DNA from: an uncultured Opitutales bacterium
GTDB lineage: Bacteria > Verrucomicrobiota > Verrucomicrobiia > Opitutales > JABDGR01
DNA length: 64,000 nt
Assembly: GCA_964561455.1 (NCBI GenBank)
Contig: CAZLPS010000008.1
Span: 23,307-87,306 of the forward strand
Direction: 5' to 3'
The translations under genes and the position numbers were made by a program. The first letter of the stretch is position 1, and each line of letters begins with the position of its first letter. This document shows, in pieces, positions 63,157-64,000 of this stretch. The notes beneath the pieces are model-generated. The model searched no databases. It was not told the origin of the DNA and was given only the letters and a program-made list of their open reading frames with translations.

Positions 63157-64000
63157 ATGATCCTCATTCTCACCGTCATATTGGTGGCGTTGGTGTTCAC
63201 GTACATCAACGGGTTTCACGACACCGCCAACGCCATCGCCACCGTTGTCTCCACCAAAGTGCTGTCGCCGCGCCAGGCGGTCATGCTGGCGGCCGTCACC
63301 AATTTGGCGGGAGCGTTTTACGGCACCGCCGTCGCCACCACCATTGCCTCCGGCCTGGTGGACGCCAAAATCGCCACCATGCCGGTGCTGATCTGCGCGT
63401 TGCTCGGGGCCATTGTCTGGAGCCTCCTCACGTGGTGGCTCGGCTTGCCCTCCAGTTCGTCCCACGCGCTCGTCGGCGGTTTGTGCGGCGCATGTTTGGC
63501 GGCAGCCCGCAACGACTGGGGCGTCATCATTTGGTCGGTGCCGGGCGCGAACCATTGGTGGGAGGGCAAAGGCATCTTGTGGAAGGTGATTGTGCCCATG
63601 ATTTCCTCACCGGTCATCGGCTTTGTCGTTGGCTTTCTGCTGATGGGAGTGCTTTATTTTTTAGTGCGCGCCTGGCGGCCCGTGACGGTGAGCCGCACCT
63701 TTGACAAATTGCAATTGTTCAGCTCCGCCTACATGGGATTCAGCCACGGCACGAACGACGCGCAAAAGACCATGGGCATCATTGCCCTCGCGCTGGTCGC
63801 CGGCACCTCCTCGGGCGCATTTACCACCCTGCCGGACTGGCTCAGTTTCCTGAAAACCCCCGAGCCGGCCGCCGGCCATCAGCTCACCATCGCCGCCTGG
63901 ATCAAAGTGCTGTGTGCGATCACCATGTGCGCGGGGACGGCGGCGGGTGGCTGGCGCATCATCAAGACGCTCGGCCGCAAGATGGTGAAGATTCAACCCA
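63157..64000 (+). CDS. pitA: inorganic phosphate transporter, PiT (PHO4) family; 3' end outside window
   Basis: It is not in the ORF track because it runs off the edge. Hand translation from ATG 63157 gives MILILTVILVALVFTYINGFHDTANAIATVVSTKVLSPRQA...SSSHALVGGL...SHGTNDAQKTMGII. GFHDTANA and GTNDAQK are the two PiT signature repeats. Confidence 0.9.
   Translation, partial: MILILTVILVALVFTYINGFHDTANAIATVVSTKVLSPRQAVMLAAVTNLAGAFYGTAVATTIASGLVDAKIATMPVLICALLGAIVWSLLTWWLGLPSSSSHALVGGLCGACLAAARNDWGVIIWSVPGANHWWEGKGILWKVIVPMISSPVIGFVVGFLLMGVLYFLVRAWRPVTVSRTFDKLQLFSSAYMGFSHGTNDAQKTMGIIALALVAGTSSGAFTTLPDWLSFLKTPEPAAGHQLTIAAWIKVLCAITMCAGTAAGGWRIIKTLGRKMVKIQP

Overview
High-GC bacterial chromosomal window. 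PATR-repeat giant proteins, a DUF1080 lipoprotein and AT-rich leaders instead of clear Shine-Dalgarno sites suggest a PVC-superphylum origin (Verrucomicrobiota/Planctomycetota-like); this is an inference. Positions 1-16.1 kb are the 5' part of a single giant minus-strand ORF (at least 5361 codons, running off the left edge). It encodes a secreted autotransporter-associated beta-strand-repeat protein that also carries a second, unassigned repeat module. After a roughly 0.8 kb non-coding gap come a PA0069-type radical SAM gene and an accessory block (18.2-27.5 kb). That block holds three paralogous Asp-box beta-propeller + CHB_HEX_C proteins: one single-module, one double-module, and one double-module with an in-frame TAA. 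A ParE-type toxin-antitoxin pair, an alpha/beta-hydrolase esterase and a tandem SGNH (CE12-like) esterase lie between them. Next are a triple-YbjQ fusion, an orphan HicB-like gene, a DUF1080 lipoprotein, two unknown envelope proteins, and rpsL-rpsG-fusA-rpsJ with no tuf and no rplC. A low-GC islet follows (decayed DUF433/DUF5615 remnants, a 1071-aa PATR protein, an orphan RHH antitoxin). Housekeeping genes come after it: a trpD-like gene, glmM, panE, an M16 peptidase + REC-Cys4 response regulator operon, waaA, MFS transporters, a TPR lipoprotein, a LOG-family gene and a ModE-N-like regulator. The window ends with a dead IS1182/IS5-like element with perfect inverted repeats, an OMP, and a phosphate cluster (OprO/P-type porin, DUF47, partial PiT). 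A recurring unexplained signal is short degenerate tandem arrays of period 7 (one of period 8) in many intergenic regions. One 33-nt TTCTTAA array is nearly identical upstream of two unrelated genes. No rRNA, tRNA or CRISPR was found.
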